Program-made: the position numbers and the translations under genes
Assembly (NCBI GenBank): GCA_965279515.1
Contig: CBDIID010000003.1
Span: 4,000,001 to 4,064,000, forward strand
Length of the DNA: 64,000 nucleotides
Direction: 5' to 3'
Origin: Turneriella sp.
GTDB lineage: Bacteria; Spirochaetota; Leptospiria; Turneriellales; Turneriellaceae
The notes under the pieces: model-generated
What the model was told of the DNA's origin: nothing
Database searches by the model: none
The model's input: the letters and a program-made list of their open reading frames with translations, nothing else
Shown: positions 37,975 through 48,813 of the stretch, in pieces
Layout: each line of letters starts with the position of its first letter
Numbering within the stretch: position 1 is the first letter of the stretch

Positions 37975-38604
37975 ATGGAAGCAAGCCCTTTTGCGGCATC
38001 GTCGACATCCCTATACCTGATCTGTGACGGTGAAACCTGTCGCGACCGCGGTTTGCCCTATGAAGATTTCTTCGCCGGGGCGATCGCCGGCGGTGCGGGA
38101 ATGATTCAGTACCGCCATAAGAATATTCCGGAGCCGGAATACGAAAAAAATCTGCTGCGCCTCGTGAAAGTCTGTGAAGGATCGCAGGTAACACTGATTG
38201 TGAACGACCACGCCCAAATTGCTGAAAAATTTTCACTGCCGCTGCATTTAGGCCAGGGGGATGCCCTGCCACGAGACCTCAGGGTTCCCTATGGCAGGTC
38301 GACACATAACTTTGCAGAACTGGCTATCGCCCTCGCCGCGGAACCGCCACCCGGTTATATCGCGCTGGGCACGATGTTCCCGAGTACAGTGAAACCCGAT
38401 GTCATACCTGCGCGCGACCGCGTCGATGAATATCTGAAACGTACGGCATTACCCTTGGTACTGATCGGCGGTATCACTGCCGATAACGTACGCTTTCTGC
38501 CGCGATCACCGAAGATTTTCTATGCTGTCATCAGTGATGCCTTTCGTTTTGGGGCAACGAAAGAGGGGATTGAGAAGTACGTTAAGGCCTGGCCGCGGGC
38601 CTGA
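37975..38604 (+). CDS. thiE: Thiamine phosphate synthase
   Basis: LYLI, IQYRHK, LIVND, HLGQGD, GRSTH, F.S.VK, IGGIT. Confidence 0.88.
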   Translation: MEASPFAASSTSLYLICDGETCRDRGLPYEDFFAGAIAGGAGMIQYRHKNIPEPEYEKNLLRLVKVCEGSQVTLIVNDHAQIAEKFSLPLHLGQGDALPRDLRVPYGRSTHNFAELAIALAAEPPPGYIALGTMFPSTVKPDVIPARDRVDEYLKRTALPLVLIGGITADNVRFLPRSPKIFYAVISDAFRFGATKEGIEKYVKAWPRA

Positions 38605-38608
38605 GGCA

Positions 38609-39286
38609 TTACCAGCTCTTCTGCCAGACATCGAGCAGGGCAAAGAGGTTGTTCTTCAGCGCGGCGAACGGCATCTCGGGTGAGGGTGCTATGAGTTTGT
38701 CCATATTCTCAAACTTATGCCTGAGGCTCTCATACCACATCGTATACCACTCAAAAGAAAGTTCATTATGGAACTGCAACCCGAGTGAGTTCTTAAAAGT
38801 GAAACCCTGGTTTGTGACAATCTTGCCTGAGAACAACTTTTCGAACCCCGGCGGCAAAGTGAAATTCTCACCATGCCACTGAAAACAATCCCACTCGTTG
38901 GCGTCGAGGTTGCCGTCCTTAAAAAAACGGTGCGCAGCCAGCGGGGAGACTTTATCAAAACCCAGCTCAAAAGCCGACGGGGTAATCACGCCGCCCGCAA
39001 CTTTGCTGATGGCCTGCGCGCCGAGGCATACCCCGAGTACAGGGCGATTGGCATGTACGAAATCGGCGGTCAGCGACAGCGATGTATTCATAAGCCAGCT
39101 GTCGTCGTTCACAGACATCGGACCGCCCATCGCAACGAGGCCGTCATAGGCCATGAGAGCATTTGCCGGCGGGCGCTGTTTCTGGAACAGGTTTACATAG
39201 AAATGTGAATGGCCGTTCTTTGTAAGCCATTCGGCGATGGTGCCCAAGCCTTCTTCTTCCTGGTGCCGCAAAACGATGAAGCGCAT
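38609..39286 (-). CDS. Type 1 glutamine amidotransferase
   Basis: MGGPMSV, GVCLGAQ, FQWHGE.F, LQFH.E. Confidence 0.9.
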   Translation of the reverse strand: MRFIVLRHQEEEGLGTIAEWLTKNGHSHFYVNLFQKQRPPANALMAYDGLVAMGGPMSVNDDSWLMNTSLSLTADFVHANRPVLGVCLGAQAISKVAGGVITPSAFELGFDKVSPLAAHRFFKDGNLDANEWDCFQWHGENFTLPPGFEKLFSGKIVTNQGFTFKNSLGLQFHNELSFEWYTMWYESLRHKFENMDKLIAPSPEMPFAALKNNLFALLDVWQKSW

Positions 39287-40884
39287 TATTTGCCTCCGAA
39301 TTTTTTCCTGAGTTTTCCGAGAAGTTCGAAAAATGCCCTTGCTTCGTCAAGGCGGGCAAGCTGTGCCAGGGCCGCGTAAGCGACAAGCGCAACGGGAATC
39401 GATACGGCCAGTTGCAGGATGGCCCTTTCGGGAAAAACAAACTTCCGCAGTAAGAGGAGCAGGGCCGCAAAGATTACGTTCACCAGAAAAATTCCCAAAA
39501 GCCCGTTGGCAAGGCGACCCGGTGAGTGAAAAATTTTCCGCCGGAACAGGATAACCCCGTAGATGATGACGCCGCACCAGGCAGCGAGCGCCGAGCCCAG
39601 TGCGAGGCCGCCGTGGAGCAATGGCTGCATGAGAGTGAGGCTCAGCGCGAAGTTAAGGAAGAGTGCGATGCCCGTGATGATGGCCGGCGTTTTCGTGTCC
39701 ATGCGCGCATAGAGTGAAACACTGAAGAGTTTTTGCAGGCTGTAGGCGAGAATACCCGGCGCATAACACATCAGCGCCGTCGCGGTAACATCGGTTGAGC
39801 GGCTGGTAAAGGCACCGCGTTCAAAGATCAGGCTGACGATCGGTGTACTGAAGACCATGAGGCCGGCGACGGCAGGCAGCAAAAAGAAGAAATTTAACCG
39901 CATCGAATACGCGAGGTTGGTTGAAAACCGCTCACCTGTTGTGTCTTCATGGAATAATTTTGAAAGTTGCGGTAAACTGGCAGTGGCAACGGCGACGCCA
40001 AAGATACCGATCGGCAACTGGATCAGGCGGTGCGAGTAGGTGAGCGCCGAGATCGCTTCAGGCACGCGATCGGCGAGTGAAGTCGCAAGGTACACATCGA
40101 TGAGCTGGCCTAACTCTTGCATCGACGCCGCAAAAACTGCAGGCAACATGAGCGACCCCAGTGCCTTGAGAGCACCGTGGCGCAGGTTGAAACTGTAACG
40201 CGGTTTGAGTCCCCGGCGGTGGACTGTATAAATCTGGAAAGCGACCTGTGCAACTGCCGCGAGTAACGTTGCCAGCGAAAAAATGTAGATCGACCGCACG
40301 TCGAAGGCGGTATGCGCCAGGCGCATGTATGCGGCATAGGCGCCGAACACAATCAGGATGACGATGTTCAGAAGCGCCGGCCCGAAGCTCGCGGCCCAGA
40401 AAATCTTGTGTGAATATTGGATGCCCATGTAGAGCGATGCGACGCTCATCATGACAAGGTAGGGGAAAAGCAGCTGGCTGAGGTTGATCGTGAGCTGAAG
40501 TTCTGCCGGGGGAATTTTATCCCCCGCGAGAATCACGGGCAAAAGATAGGGCAAAAGGAAAATAACCAGAACCGTGATTAATCCCATCGCGATAGCCGTG
40601 AAAACAATGACGACGCCGGCCGCCTCGCGCGCCTTGTCTTCGCCCTCGCGCGCATATTTGTTGTAGAGCGGCACAAATGCCTGCGAGAGCGCGCCCTCGG
40701 CGACGAGATTGCGCAGCATGTTGTTGAGACGGAAGGCGATGTCGAAGGCAACGGAAAGCGGGCCTGTGCCGAAGGCATACGCTTTCAGCATGTCGCGCAT
40801 GAGGCCGAGCACGCGCGAGAACGACGTAAACAGGGAAAAGATCGAGGAATGTTTTAATGTCTCGCGCGTATGCGAATCGGCCAC
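39286..40884 (-). CDS. murJ: Lipid II flippase MurJ (MviN)
   Basis: SRVLGL.RD, AFR..N.LR.L.AEGA, RL.QLP.G.FG, FERGAF. Confidence 0.94.
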   Translation of the reverse strand: MADSHTRETLKHSSIFSLFTSFSRVLGLMRDMLKAYAFGTGPLSVAFDIAFRLNNMLRNLVAEGALSQAFVPLYNKYAREGEDKAREAAGVVIVFTAIAMGLITVLVIFLLPYLLPVILAGDKIPPAELQLTINLSQLLFPYLVMMSVASLYMGIQYSHKIFWAASFGPALLNIVILIVFGAYAAYMRLAHTAFDVRSIYIFSLATLLAAVAQVAFQIYTVHRRGLKPRYSFNLRHGALKALGSLMLPAVFAASMQELGQLIDVYLATSLADRVPEAISALTYSHRLIQLPIGIFGVAVATASLPQLSKLFHEDTTGERFSTNLAYSMRLNFFFLLPAVAGLMVFSTPIVSLIFERGAFTSRSTDVTATALMCYAPGILAYSLQKLFSVSLYARMDTKTPAIITGIALFLNFALSLTLMQPLLHGGLALGSALAAWCGVIIYGVILFRRKIFHSPGRLANGLLGIFLVNVIFAALLLLLRKFVFPERAILQLAVSIPVALVAYAALAQLARLDEARAFFELLGKLRKKFGGK

Positions 40885-41019
40885 AAATCCGGTCTGCGTA
40901 TTAAAAATACAGGGTAAAGCGGTTGGTGTTATGGCCGTTTAGAATGAATTAATAAAGGGGACATGCGGTTCCCGGAGGATTTCATTCCGTTCGGAGTTTC
41001 CATTCCATTTCTGCCTATG

Positions 41020-41574
41020 TCATAACTTTGTCGAACCCGAGCCGACTCCGCCTTTGAACACGGTGCGGCTCAGCGAGCGATCAGTGATGATGCCACGCTT
41101 ACCTGTGAGTACATTGCCCGAACCATCTTGTACGGTAACAGGCACGTTCGAATAAAGCATGTTTTTGGTTTCGTCCCAGAACAATTCTTCGGTCTTCATC
41201 TTACGGTTATGCGGGGCTTCGACGAAGACATTCCCCGAAATCGTCATGAATTTATTGCCCTGCTGCAGTACCGCGCGTTTGCCGGTGATGATTGTGGCCT
41301 TACCGAAGTCTTTCGATTTGCGGTTTGTTTCAAAATATTCAATGTGCAGATCAAAGAGATGTGTTTCATCTTTAACCTGCACGATGTAACCTTCAGCGGC
41401 CGCGGCACGCCACAGTAATTCGCCCTTACGGAACGCCTCTGCGGTAAAATTTCTCAGTGTCGCATCGGCGCCGCGAATCTGGTCGCCGTACATGAGCTCG
41501 GGTATGAATGCAGACTCCTTGGAGCAGCTTGCGCTGACTGCAATCAAAGAAAGGCTGAAAAAAACAAAGCGCAT
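41020..41574 (-). CDS. lptC: LPS export ABC transporter periplasmic protein LptC
   Basis: Lipobox; beta-jellyroll pattern GNV.V...TEEL.W......S..PV. Confidence 0.78.
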   Translation of the reverse strand: MRFVFFSLSLIAVSASCSKESAFIPELMYGDQIRGADATLRNFTAEAFRKGELLWRAAAAEGYIVQVKDETHLFDLHIEYFETNRKSKDFGKATIITGKRAVLQQGNKFMTISGNVFVEAPHNRKMKTEELFWDETKNMLYSNVPVTVQDGSGNVLTGKRGIITDRSLSRTVFKGGVGSGSTKL

Positions 41575-41626
41575 ATGGCGAAGAACACCTTAAGCAGACG
41601 CCGCTCGCGCCGGTAAACTGAAATCG

Positions 41627-42424
41627 TCAGCGCGAATCGGCAGGCAGCATGAGGGGAGCCTTACCGTCGGTAATAATAATCTTGGTATTCGGCGATTTGG
41701 CGAGCTCTTTGAATGCTTCGATGGCGCGCAGCTGGATGATCTCTTTATTCAGTCCCTGCGTCAGGATTTTCTGCGAGTCGCGTACTCCCATCGCCTCAAT
41801 TTTCCGGCGTTCAGCCTCCTGACGTTCCTGATTCAGGATATACTCCATACGCTGTGCTTCCTGTTCGGCACGGAGCTTTTCTTCGATTGCAGCATAGAGC
41901 CCCGGGGGCAGGCGAATGCTTTTTAACAGGACCTTGCTGATGATAAAACCTTTGTCTTCCAGAGTTTCACGCATACTCTTCAAAATCTCGCCCTCAATTT
42001 CACCACGCTTGCCCGTGTGCATGTCTTTAGCCAAAAAACGGGCGGAAACATCGGCAGCGGCCGAACGAAAAACATTGATGACAACGCGTTCTTCAGTCTG
42101 GTGGAAATCGTTGCCACCGAACTCAACCAGCAGTGATGGAATTTTTTCCTGATTCAGCTTATACAGAATCGAAATATCGGCTTCTATATTTAAGCCTTCT
42201 TTACTGGGTAATGAAAGCGAAACTTCAAGGTTTTCGATGGATACCGGCAGCACGATAATATCCGTCCAAAGCGGATTGTAAAAATAAAGTCCGGCTTGCA
42301 GAATTTCAGTGCTTTGCTTGCCAAATTTGCGTTCGACACCGAGGTTACCGGTTTGGATGGTCTTACAGGCAACAAAACCCATTAGAACCACGATGATTCC
42401 GGAAAACTTTGCGATCCAGGTCAT
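41627..42424 (-). CDS. SPFH / prohibitin family protein
   Basis: GV...FGK, SKEGL, I.LP.....AIE.K..AEQEA, IEA.G. Confidence 0.9.
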   Translation of the reverse strand: MTWIAKFSGIIVVLMGFVACKTIQTGNLGVERKFGKQSTEILQAGLYFYNPLWTDIIVLPVSIENLEVSLSLPSKEGLNIEADISILYKLNQEKIPSLLVEFGGNDFHQTEERVVINVFRSAAADVSARFLAKDMHTGKRGEIEGEILKSMRETLEDKGFIISKVLLKSIRLPPGLYAAIEEKLRAEQEAQRMEYILNQERQEAERRKIEAMGVRDSQKILTQGLNKEIIQLRAIEAFKELAKSPNTKIIITDGKAPLMLPADSR

Positions 42425-42547
42425 ATTCCCTCCCCGCCACTGGCGGCTTGATTAAAGTAAGAAATGCCGGGCGTTGCGGCAATATTCGGCCCTGCAAAAG
42501 CTGACCGCAAAGTGGTGTTTGGGGTTCCCATTTCAGGACTGTTTTGC

Positions 42548-42574
42548 TTGACCCTACCCACACGTGGGTAGGGT
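42548..42574 (+). promoter_or_regulatory. Palindromic operator overlapping a TTGACC -35-like element
   Basis: TTG-ACCCTACCCAC-AC-GTGGGTAGGGT; 11-bp perfect inverted repeat between divergent genes. Confidence 0.5.
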
Positions 42575-42603
42575 GAGCTTTCGATCCGATCATTGGAGGT
42601 GTC

Positions 42604-44022
42604 ATGGAACAACTCTCTTTAGAAAAATTACAACGCCAGAACGCGGCGCTTTTAAAGTTGGCGAAAAGTACCGCTATCGACAGCGGAAATCTGAAACAGG
42701 CTTTTCGCGAAATTACGGAAGCTGGTGCTGCGACACTCGATATCAAACGTTGCAGTATCTGGGCCTATACAGAATCGCGTGACGGCATCGTCTGCCTCGA
42801 CCTCTACGAGGCCGAGAAGAACGAACACAGCGATGGGCTTAAGCTCATGGCAAAGGATTTTCCGGCATACTTCAAGTATCTCACCGAAGAACGTTTTCTG
42901 GCCGCTCACGACGCCCACACCGATGCCTCGACGTTCGAGTTCTCTGACGTCTATCTGAAGCCGCTCAACATCAATTCGATGCTCGATGCCCCGTTTCGCC
43001 GCTCGGGTGAGATGATGGGGGTTATCTGTAACGAACAGGTCGGCCCCGGGCGCACCTGGACTCCCGAAGAACAGAATTTTTCCGGCTCCCTCGCTGACCT
43101 GATCTCGCGGGCGTTTGAAGCGGAAGCCCGCTTTAAGGCGCAGGAAGAACTGAGACAGGCCAATGAGCAACTCGAACAGAAAGTAGAGGAGCGCACGCGG
43201 CAGCTGAGTGAAACCTTGGCCCAGGTGCAGGCACTCAAGAACCAGCAAGACGCGGATTATTTTCTGACGAGCCTTCTCATCAATCCCTTGTCGCGCGTTG
43301 AAAAGAGCGTCGGAAATATTTCGCTTGAAAGTCTGGTTGTGCAGAAAAAAAAGTTTTCCTTTAAAGACCGCAATTACCAGATAGGCGGCGATTTTGTCTA
43401 CAGCGCCTCGGTGCCGATCGGTGGCGTGCCGCATATCTTTATCGTCAACGCCGACGCGATGGGTAAATCGATTCAGGGCGCAGGTGGAGCGCTGGTTTTG
43501 GGCGCGATTCTCAAAGCGCTGCTCGCGCGACCCTCGGCGCGCGTGGAGGCTGGCCCCGCCAGCTGGTTATCCGCCTTGTACCGCCGCCTCAATGACGTAT
43601 TTCTCTCGCTCGAGGGCAGCATGATGATTTCGGTGTCGATGGCTTTTATCACGCCTGAAAACGTCGCCTATGTGCTTTCCGCCGAACACCCTGATCCGGT
43701 GTTACTCCGCAACGGTATCGCGTCGCTGATGGCTACGACGCAGATTCCTAAACTTGGTTCGATGCGCGACGATATGCCGAGCGGAAAAATTCCCATCACG
43801 CGCATCCAGCTTTTATCCGGCGATACGCTGATCTTTGCTTCCGACGGCCGCGATGATTTAATGTTGGAAACGCCCAAAGGCAGGGTTTACAATGAAGACG
43901 AGACGCTCTTTTGCCGGCATGTGGAAAAATCGGGCGGCTCGCTTGCGAGGGTCTTCGACAACATAGCAAGCGCAGGCGAAATCACCGATGATTTCTCCGC
44001 CGTGCAGTTGAAAGTTAGTTGA
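42604..44022 (+). CDS. GAF domain + SpoIIE (PP2C) phosphatase
   Basis: GAF domain (SMLDAP...GVIC.E), coiled coil LEQKVEERT, GGD, ADAMGK, SDG, TDD. Confidence 0.9.
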   Translation: MEQLSLEKLQRQNAALLKLAKSTAIDSGNLKQAFREITEAGAATLDIKRCSIWAYTESRDGIVCLDLYEAEKNEHSDGLKLMAKDFPAYFKYLTEERFLAAHDAHTDASTFEFSDVYLKPLNINSMLDAPFRRSGEMMGVICNEQVGPGRTWTPEEQNFSGSLADLISRAFEAEARFKAQEELRQANEQLEQKVEERTRQLSETLAQVQALKNQQDADYFLTSLLINPLSRVEKSVGNISLESLVVQKKKFSFKDRNYQIGGDFVYSASVPIGGVPHIFIVNADAMGKSIQGAGGALVLGAILKALLARPSARVEAGPASWLSALYRRLNDVFLSLEGSMMISVSMAFITPENVAYVLSAEHPDPVLLRNGIASLMATTQIPKLGSMRDDMPSGKIPITRIQLLSGDTLIFASDGRDDLMLETPKGRVYNEDETLFCRHVEKSGGSLARVFDNIASAGEITDDFSAVQLKVS

Positions 44023-44073
44023 ACGTTTGTTCATTTTTGCTATGCGGATTGACCTCGTTCATTAGGCTGGCGT

Positions 44074-45081
44074 ATGTCAGCACACGCGGCCGCAGAGACG
44101 ACGAGCAGCGGGCTTATCCCGAACGTCGACATCGATTTTTTTCTGCACACGCTCTATACGCGCTTTGTTCCCGAAAGCTTCCGCTGGAATTTCGGCGAAA
44201 ACCTGTATAATGTCTATGTCGCTGCCCGCCGCAAGGCATCCGGCGCGCGCCTCGGCAGCGCCTTCCTGGGTGACATCACGGTAAAATATCTCGAGTGGGG
44301 CCGGCCGCAGTTGCCGAAGCTGTTACTCCTGCATGGCTTTGCCGACAGCAAAGACGGTGTCTTGCCGTATGCCAAGGAACTCTCGCGGCGCTTCCACGTG
44401 ATTGCGCCCGATCTGCCGGGTTTCGGCGAGAGCGAGAAACCTGCACGCGTCGTCTACAACCTCGAGCAGTTTGACACCTGGATCACACGTTTCGCCGATA
44501 AGATGCACTTTGACCGGTTCGTGCTGGCCGGGCATTCCCTGGGTGGGGCCATCGCCGCAGAGCTCGCGACGAAAATTCCGCAGCGGGTACAGCGCCTGAT
44601 TCTGATTTCGGCTGCGGGCCTGGTGCCAACAAACGACGGCGACAATATCTATGAGCGTATCCTGAATGGGCACAATCCGTTCGAGGTTTCATCCTATGAG
44701 GATTTCCGCGAGTTTTTCAAACTCATTTTCAGCGACCCCCACAAGGCGCCGTTGCCGGTGAAAAATTATCTCTACATGAAGTTCGCGGCCAACCGCACCT
44801 GGTACCACAAGATTTTCCTGGATATGATGGGTGATATTTCAAGCGAAGATTTCATCGACCAGCGTAAGGCAGAGCAGCTGAAGAAATTCGCCGCCATCAA
44901 AACGCCGACGCTCATTGTCTGGGGTCGCCATGACGGTTTTTTTCCCGAATCGATCGGCAACTGGATGCACCGCACTGTAGCAGATTCGCGCTATGCCCTG
45001 ATTGAAGAGGCCGCGCACATGGCACCGATGGAGCAGGCCGATAAGCTGGCGAAGCTGACGCTTTCTTTCCTGAATACATAA
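44074..45081 (+). CDS. Alpha/beta hydrolase (lipase-like)
   Basis: LLHGF, PDLPGFGES, GHSLGG, WG..D, AH. Confidence 0.9.
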   Translation: MSAHAAAETTSSGLIPNVDIDFFLHTLYTRFVPESFRWNFGENLYNVYVAARRKASGARLGSAFLGDITVKYLEWGRPQLPKLLLLHGFADSKDGVLPYAKELSRRFHVIAPDLPGFGESEKPARVVYNLEQFDTWITRFADKMHFDRFVLAGHSLGGAIAAELATKIPQRVQRLILISAAGLVPTNDGDNIYERILNGHNPFEVSSYEDFREFFKLIFSDPHKAPLPVKNYLYMKFAANRTWYHKIFLDMMGDISSEDFIDQRKAEQLKKFAAIKTPTLIVWGRHDGFFPESIGNWMHRTVADSRYALIEEAAHMAPMEQADKLAKLTLSFLNT

Positions 45082-45128
45082 CCCTAAAAAAGTTGCCGCC
45101 GCATAGTGCCGGTCGTGGCTGACGGTGC

Positions 45129-45638
45129 ATGAACAACCTATCTTTGGATATCGGCTGCGGTCCCCATAAGCTGCCCGATGCGATTGGCATCGATATCCGT
45201 AAACTACCCGGCATCAAGTATGTGCATAATATGAATAAGGCTCCCTGGCCTGTGAAAGAAAGATTCGATTTTATGCGCTGCCAGCACGTGATCGAACATA
45301 TTGCGAATCTTCCGGTGCTCGTTAAGGAAATCTATCGCCTGTCCAACCATGGCTGCGTCGTTTCATTCGTGACTCCGCACTACAGCTCTTGTGCAAGCTG
45401 GGGAGACCCCACGCATGTGCACCATTTCGGCCGGGGTTCGATTATACAATTGTTTGAAATGGAGTTAGGCAACGACAAATTTGAGACCGTCAAGAATGAA
45501 TTAAAATTTACCGGAGCGCTGTTTGATTTACCTGGTTGGCTGATCTATAAAATCTCTCCTAAAAAATATGAAAAGTATTTTGCCTGGCGGTACCCGGCCA
45601 ATGAAATACATACGACGATCAGGATTCTGAAGAAGTGA
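45129..45638 (+). CDS. Class I SAM-dependent methyltransferase
   Basis: LDIGCG, HVIEH, DPTH. Confidence 0.82.
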   Translation: MNNLSLDIGCGPHKLPDAIGIDIRKLPGIKYVHNMNKAPWPVKERFDFMRCQHVIEHIANLPVLVKEIYRLSNHGCVVSFVTPHYSSCASWGDPTHVHHFGRGSIIQLFEMELGNDKFETVKNELKFTGALFDLPGWLIYKISPKKYEKYFAWRYPANEIHTTIRILKK

Positions 45639-45703
45639 GATATTCGGGAAAGTGAAACTGCCTTTAGGCAGATTTATGAGTCTTTGGCAAAGGTTAAATG
45701 CGT

Positions 45704-46729
45704 CTATTTTGATTTTCGCGCGGTATCTTTGTAAACCTTCATAACCTCGCTCACAGAAATTTTACTGATATCGTAATCATCGACAAGGGCATCCGAAGCG
45801 ACGACGAATTGCCGCTGGGCTTCCGTGTAGAGCCCCCACGTTGGTAATATCCACTGGGTCATCAGGCTGATGCTCGGCGTCCCGATGGCGGCAGCAAGAT
45901 GGCGTGAAGCGGAATCCAGGCAGAATACAAGTTTGGAGTGCTTCATCACAATTGCTGTTTCGAGCAGCGGGTGTTCAGCAAAAATCGTCGTACGGTCACG
46001 GACCTTTTTCAGATCCAGTGCGTTAAAAATGGCATCGCAGAGCTGTGATTCGTTCGGGCCTGACACCAGTACGAATTGCAGTTTTTTCTCCAGCACAGCA
46101 ATGGCTGTGATGAGTTTTGCCCAGTTGGCCGCAGGCCAGCGTTTTCTTTCCGAACTGGCACCGGGATGTATGACGATAAAAGGGGTTTTGATTTTGGGCA
46201 GGATATGACCCAGCGGGGGGGCCGTTGTGGGAATGACAAATGTCGTTTTACGCTGCCTTTCGATCGGCGCTATCAAAGCCGCGAGATTCAGGTAAAAATC
46301 GATGAAATCCCTCGCCCCTTCTTTCTCAGCGAGCTTTTCCGTAAGTAGCCATGACAGCGATTGATGTTTGAGCCCACCCCGGATCCTGGCGCCGGATAAG
46401 AATGCCCAGATGCAGGCCCTGTCATTGTAATCTGTGATGAGTATCCGGGAAAATCTGAAAGCACGGATTTTGCGGGCCCAGAAGAAAAATAATTTCGTTT
46501 TGATCCAGATTTTTTTCAGGCCGGAAGTGCGTTTTATGTCCGAAAGCGGAATCGGCCAGATCTCATTGATATCGGTATTTGTACTCAGCGCCGCGGTGTA
46601 ACGGCCGTCGCAGAGCACCACAATGTGTGCGTGGGGTAACGCCCTGCGCAGCGCGGCATAAGCCGCAGTCTGCACGATGAGATCGCCCATCAGCTTTTGC
46701 GAAGTTACGAGAATTTTTTCCGGTGACAA
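45704..46729 (-). CDS. Glycosyltransferase family 9 (heptosyltransferase-like)
   Basis: MGD, IHPGAS...KRWP, DS...HLAAA.GTP. Confidence 0.88.
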   Translation of the reverse strand: MSPEKILVTSQKLMGDLIVQTAAYAALRRALPHAHIVVLCDGRYTAALSTNTDINEIWPIPLSDIKRTSGLKKIWIKTKLFFFWARKIRAFRFSRILITDYNDRACIWAFLSGARIRGGLKHQSLSWLLTEKLAEKEGARDFIDFYLNLAALIAPIERQRKTTFVIPTTAPPLGHILPKIKTPFIVIHPGASSERKRWPAANWAKLITAIAVLEKKLQFVLVSGPNESQLCDAIFNALDLKKVRDRTTIFAEHPLLETAIVMKHSKLVFCLDSASRHLAAAIGTPSISLMTQWILPTWGLYTEAQRQFVVASDALVDDYDISKISVSEVMKVYKDTARKSK

Positions 46730-46744
46730 AGCCCTACCGCTGCA

Positions 46745-48712
46745 TCAGTGTTGCAATTGCAATTGATAAAAATTCTTATAAACCTTGCTTTTTCTCAGGA
46801 GTTCTTTATGCCTGCCGCGTTCCACAATTTTACCGTCTTTCATGACCAGGATCTGGTCGGCCTTAAAAATTGTCGAAAGCCGGTGTGCAATGACGAATGT
46901 TGTCCGGTTCTTCATTACCGATTCAATGGCCAGCTGTACGAGGCGTTCCGATTCGGTATCGAGAGCGCTCGTGGCTTCATCAAGAATCAGAATTCCGGGG
47001 TTCTTGAGAATCGCGCGGGCGATCGAAAGCCGTTGGCGTTGCCCGCCAGATAACATCAAGCCGCGTTCGCCGACGATGGTATCATATTTAAGGGGAAGCT
47101 TTTGGATGAATTCATCGGCAAAGGCCATTTTCGCCGCGCGGATCACTTCCGCTTCGGGTATGTCAGAGCGGCCATAACACAGGTTTTCGCGCACTGTGCC
47201 GTTAAACAGGAAGATATCCTGCGTGACGATGCCAATGCGCTCGCGTAAAGATTCGAGTTTGAACTGGCGGATATCTGTGCCGTCGAATTGTATGCTGCCG
47301 TCGGTGACATCGTTGAAGCGCAGAATTAAATCCACCATTGTCGATTTGCCTGCGCCGGAGTGCCCGACGAGCGCGACGGTTTCGCCTCTCTTCGCCTTGA
47401 GGCTCACTTTTCTCAGGACCAGTTTATCTGTTCCCGGGTATTGGAATTCGACATCTTTGAATTCGATTTTTTCGACCTCTTCAGGCATCATCACAGGAAC
47501 CAGGGCTTCTTTCACTTCGGATTTATGGTCGATGATTTCGAAGATGCGGCTACCCGAAGCGATCGATCTCTGCACGAGATTATACCAGCCCGCCATTTGT
47601 TTGATGGGGCTGAGCAGCATAATGAGCGTGAATAAGAAGGCAAAGAAGCTTCCCGATGACATCTCCTGATCGAGAATCAGCGTGCCGCCATAGACGATGA
47701 GCCCCACGACGATAAATGACGTGATCATTTCCACGAGCGCCGGCCCTAACTGGTGGGTGATGCGGTATAAAAAATTCTGCTTAAAGAGACTCATATTAAT
47801 CTCTTCAAAGCGTGCAGACTGGTACGGCTCCATGCCGAAGGCGCGGATGATCCGGATGCCCGCGATGACTTCCTGCAGGTGGCCGTTGAGTTCCCCCAGG
47901 CGAATCTGTTCATTGGTTGTCAGGCCGCGGATTTTACTGGAAAGAAAATGCACCGGGATCAGCACAATCGGAACGCCGATTGTTGTGATGAGAAGCAATT
48001 TGACTGAAATCATCGCCAGGATGATAACATGCGTACCAATGATGAAAAAATTATTGATGGAAGTTCTGAGTTCGGTAGAAGTCGCCTCTGACAGGGTCGT
48101 CACGTCATTGATGATACGGCTCATGAGCACGCCGGTTTTTTCTTTCACAAAATACGAAAGTGGTAACCGTATCATGCTCGCATAGAGCTGACGGCGGATA
48201 TCTGTTACGGCCAGCAATCCCGTTGCTGTCAGCAGATAGACGGTGGCAAAATCAAATATCAGCCGCAGAAGGAAGATTGGCAGAACCAGAAATGAAATAT
48301 ATTTCAGAACCTTGATGGCCGGAATTGTCAGCAAAAACTGGTTCAGTTCGAGCTTTTTTCTGACCCAAAAGGTTTTAATCCCCGATGCAAATTCCATCGC
48401 CACGGCGCTGGATTTCTCCTGCTTCAGGATGCTGCGCTCTTTCTCGTAAAAATCTTTCATCTGCGGGGATTCAATCAGGCTTTTTAGCTCGGCGGGATGA
48501 GTTTTTGCCAGCTGACCAACCTCCCAGATTTCAAAATGGACCTGCAGGGGTTTTGAACCACCGGTTTCAATGACGTCGAAAATCGGCTTCAGCGATAAGA
48601 GGCTCAGCCCGTTAAAAATAGAGAAAAGGAAAGAGGCGAGCAGCCCCATAAAAAACCGCCGTTTATATTTCGAAGCATAACTCAGGATACGGAAATATAT
48701 CTTTCGGTTCAT
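46745..48712 (-). CDS. MsbA-like ABC exporter
   Basis: TMD plus GHSGAGKST, LSGGQRQR, LDEATSALD, IAHRLST. Confidence 0.9.
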   Translation of the reverse strand: MNRKIYFRILSYASKYKRRFFMGLLASFLFSIFNGLSLLSLKPIFDVIETGGSKPLQVHFEIWEVGQLAKTHPAELKSLIESPQMKDFYEKERSILKQEKSSAVAMEFASGIKTFWVRKKLELNQFLLTIPAIKVLKYISFLVLPIFLLRLIFDFATVYLLTATGLLAVTDIRRQLYASMIRLPLSYFVKEKTGVLMSRIINDVTTLSEATSTELRTSINNFFIIGTHVIILAMISVKLLLITTIGVPIVLIPVHFLSSKIRGLTTNEQIRLGELNGHLQEVIAGIRIIRAFGMEPYQSARFEEINMSLFKQNFLYRITHQLGPALVEMITSFIVVGLIVYGGTLILDQEMSSGSFFAFLFTLIMLLSPIKQMAGWYNLVQRSIASGSRIFEIIDHKSEVKEALVPVMMPEEVEKIEFKDVEFQYPGTDKLVLRKVSLKAKRGETVALVGHSGAGKSTMVDLILRFNDVTDGSIQFDGTDIRQFKLESLRERIGIVTQDIFLFNGTVRENLCYGRSDIPEAEVIRAAKMAFADEFIQKLPLKYDTIVGERGLMLSGGQRQRLSIARAILKNPGILILDEATSALDTESERLVQLAIESVMKNRTTFVIAHRLSTIFKADQILVMKDGKIVERGRHKELLRKSKVYKNFYQLQLQH

Positions 48713-48813
48713 TAGGTTGGGCCATCGGCACTAAACGATTCAGGCCGTAAAACGGTTGCCTGCGTTCAGCTAAATGTGGTTTCTGGGCTGATCTGAGTTT
48801 CCGCTCTGGCCGG

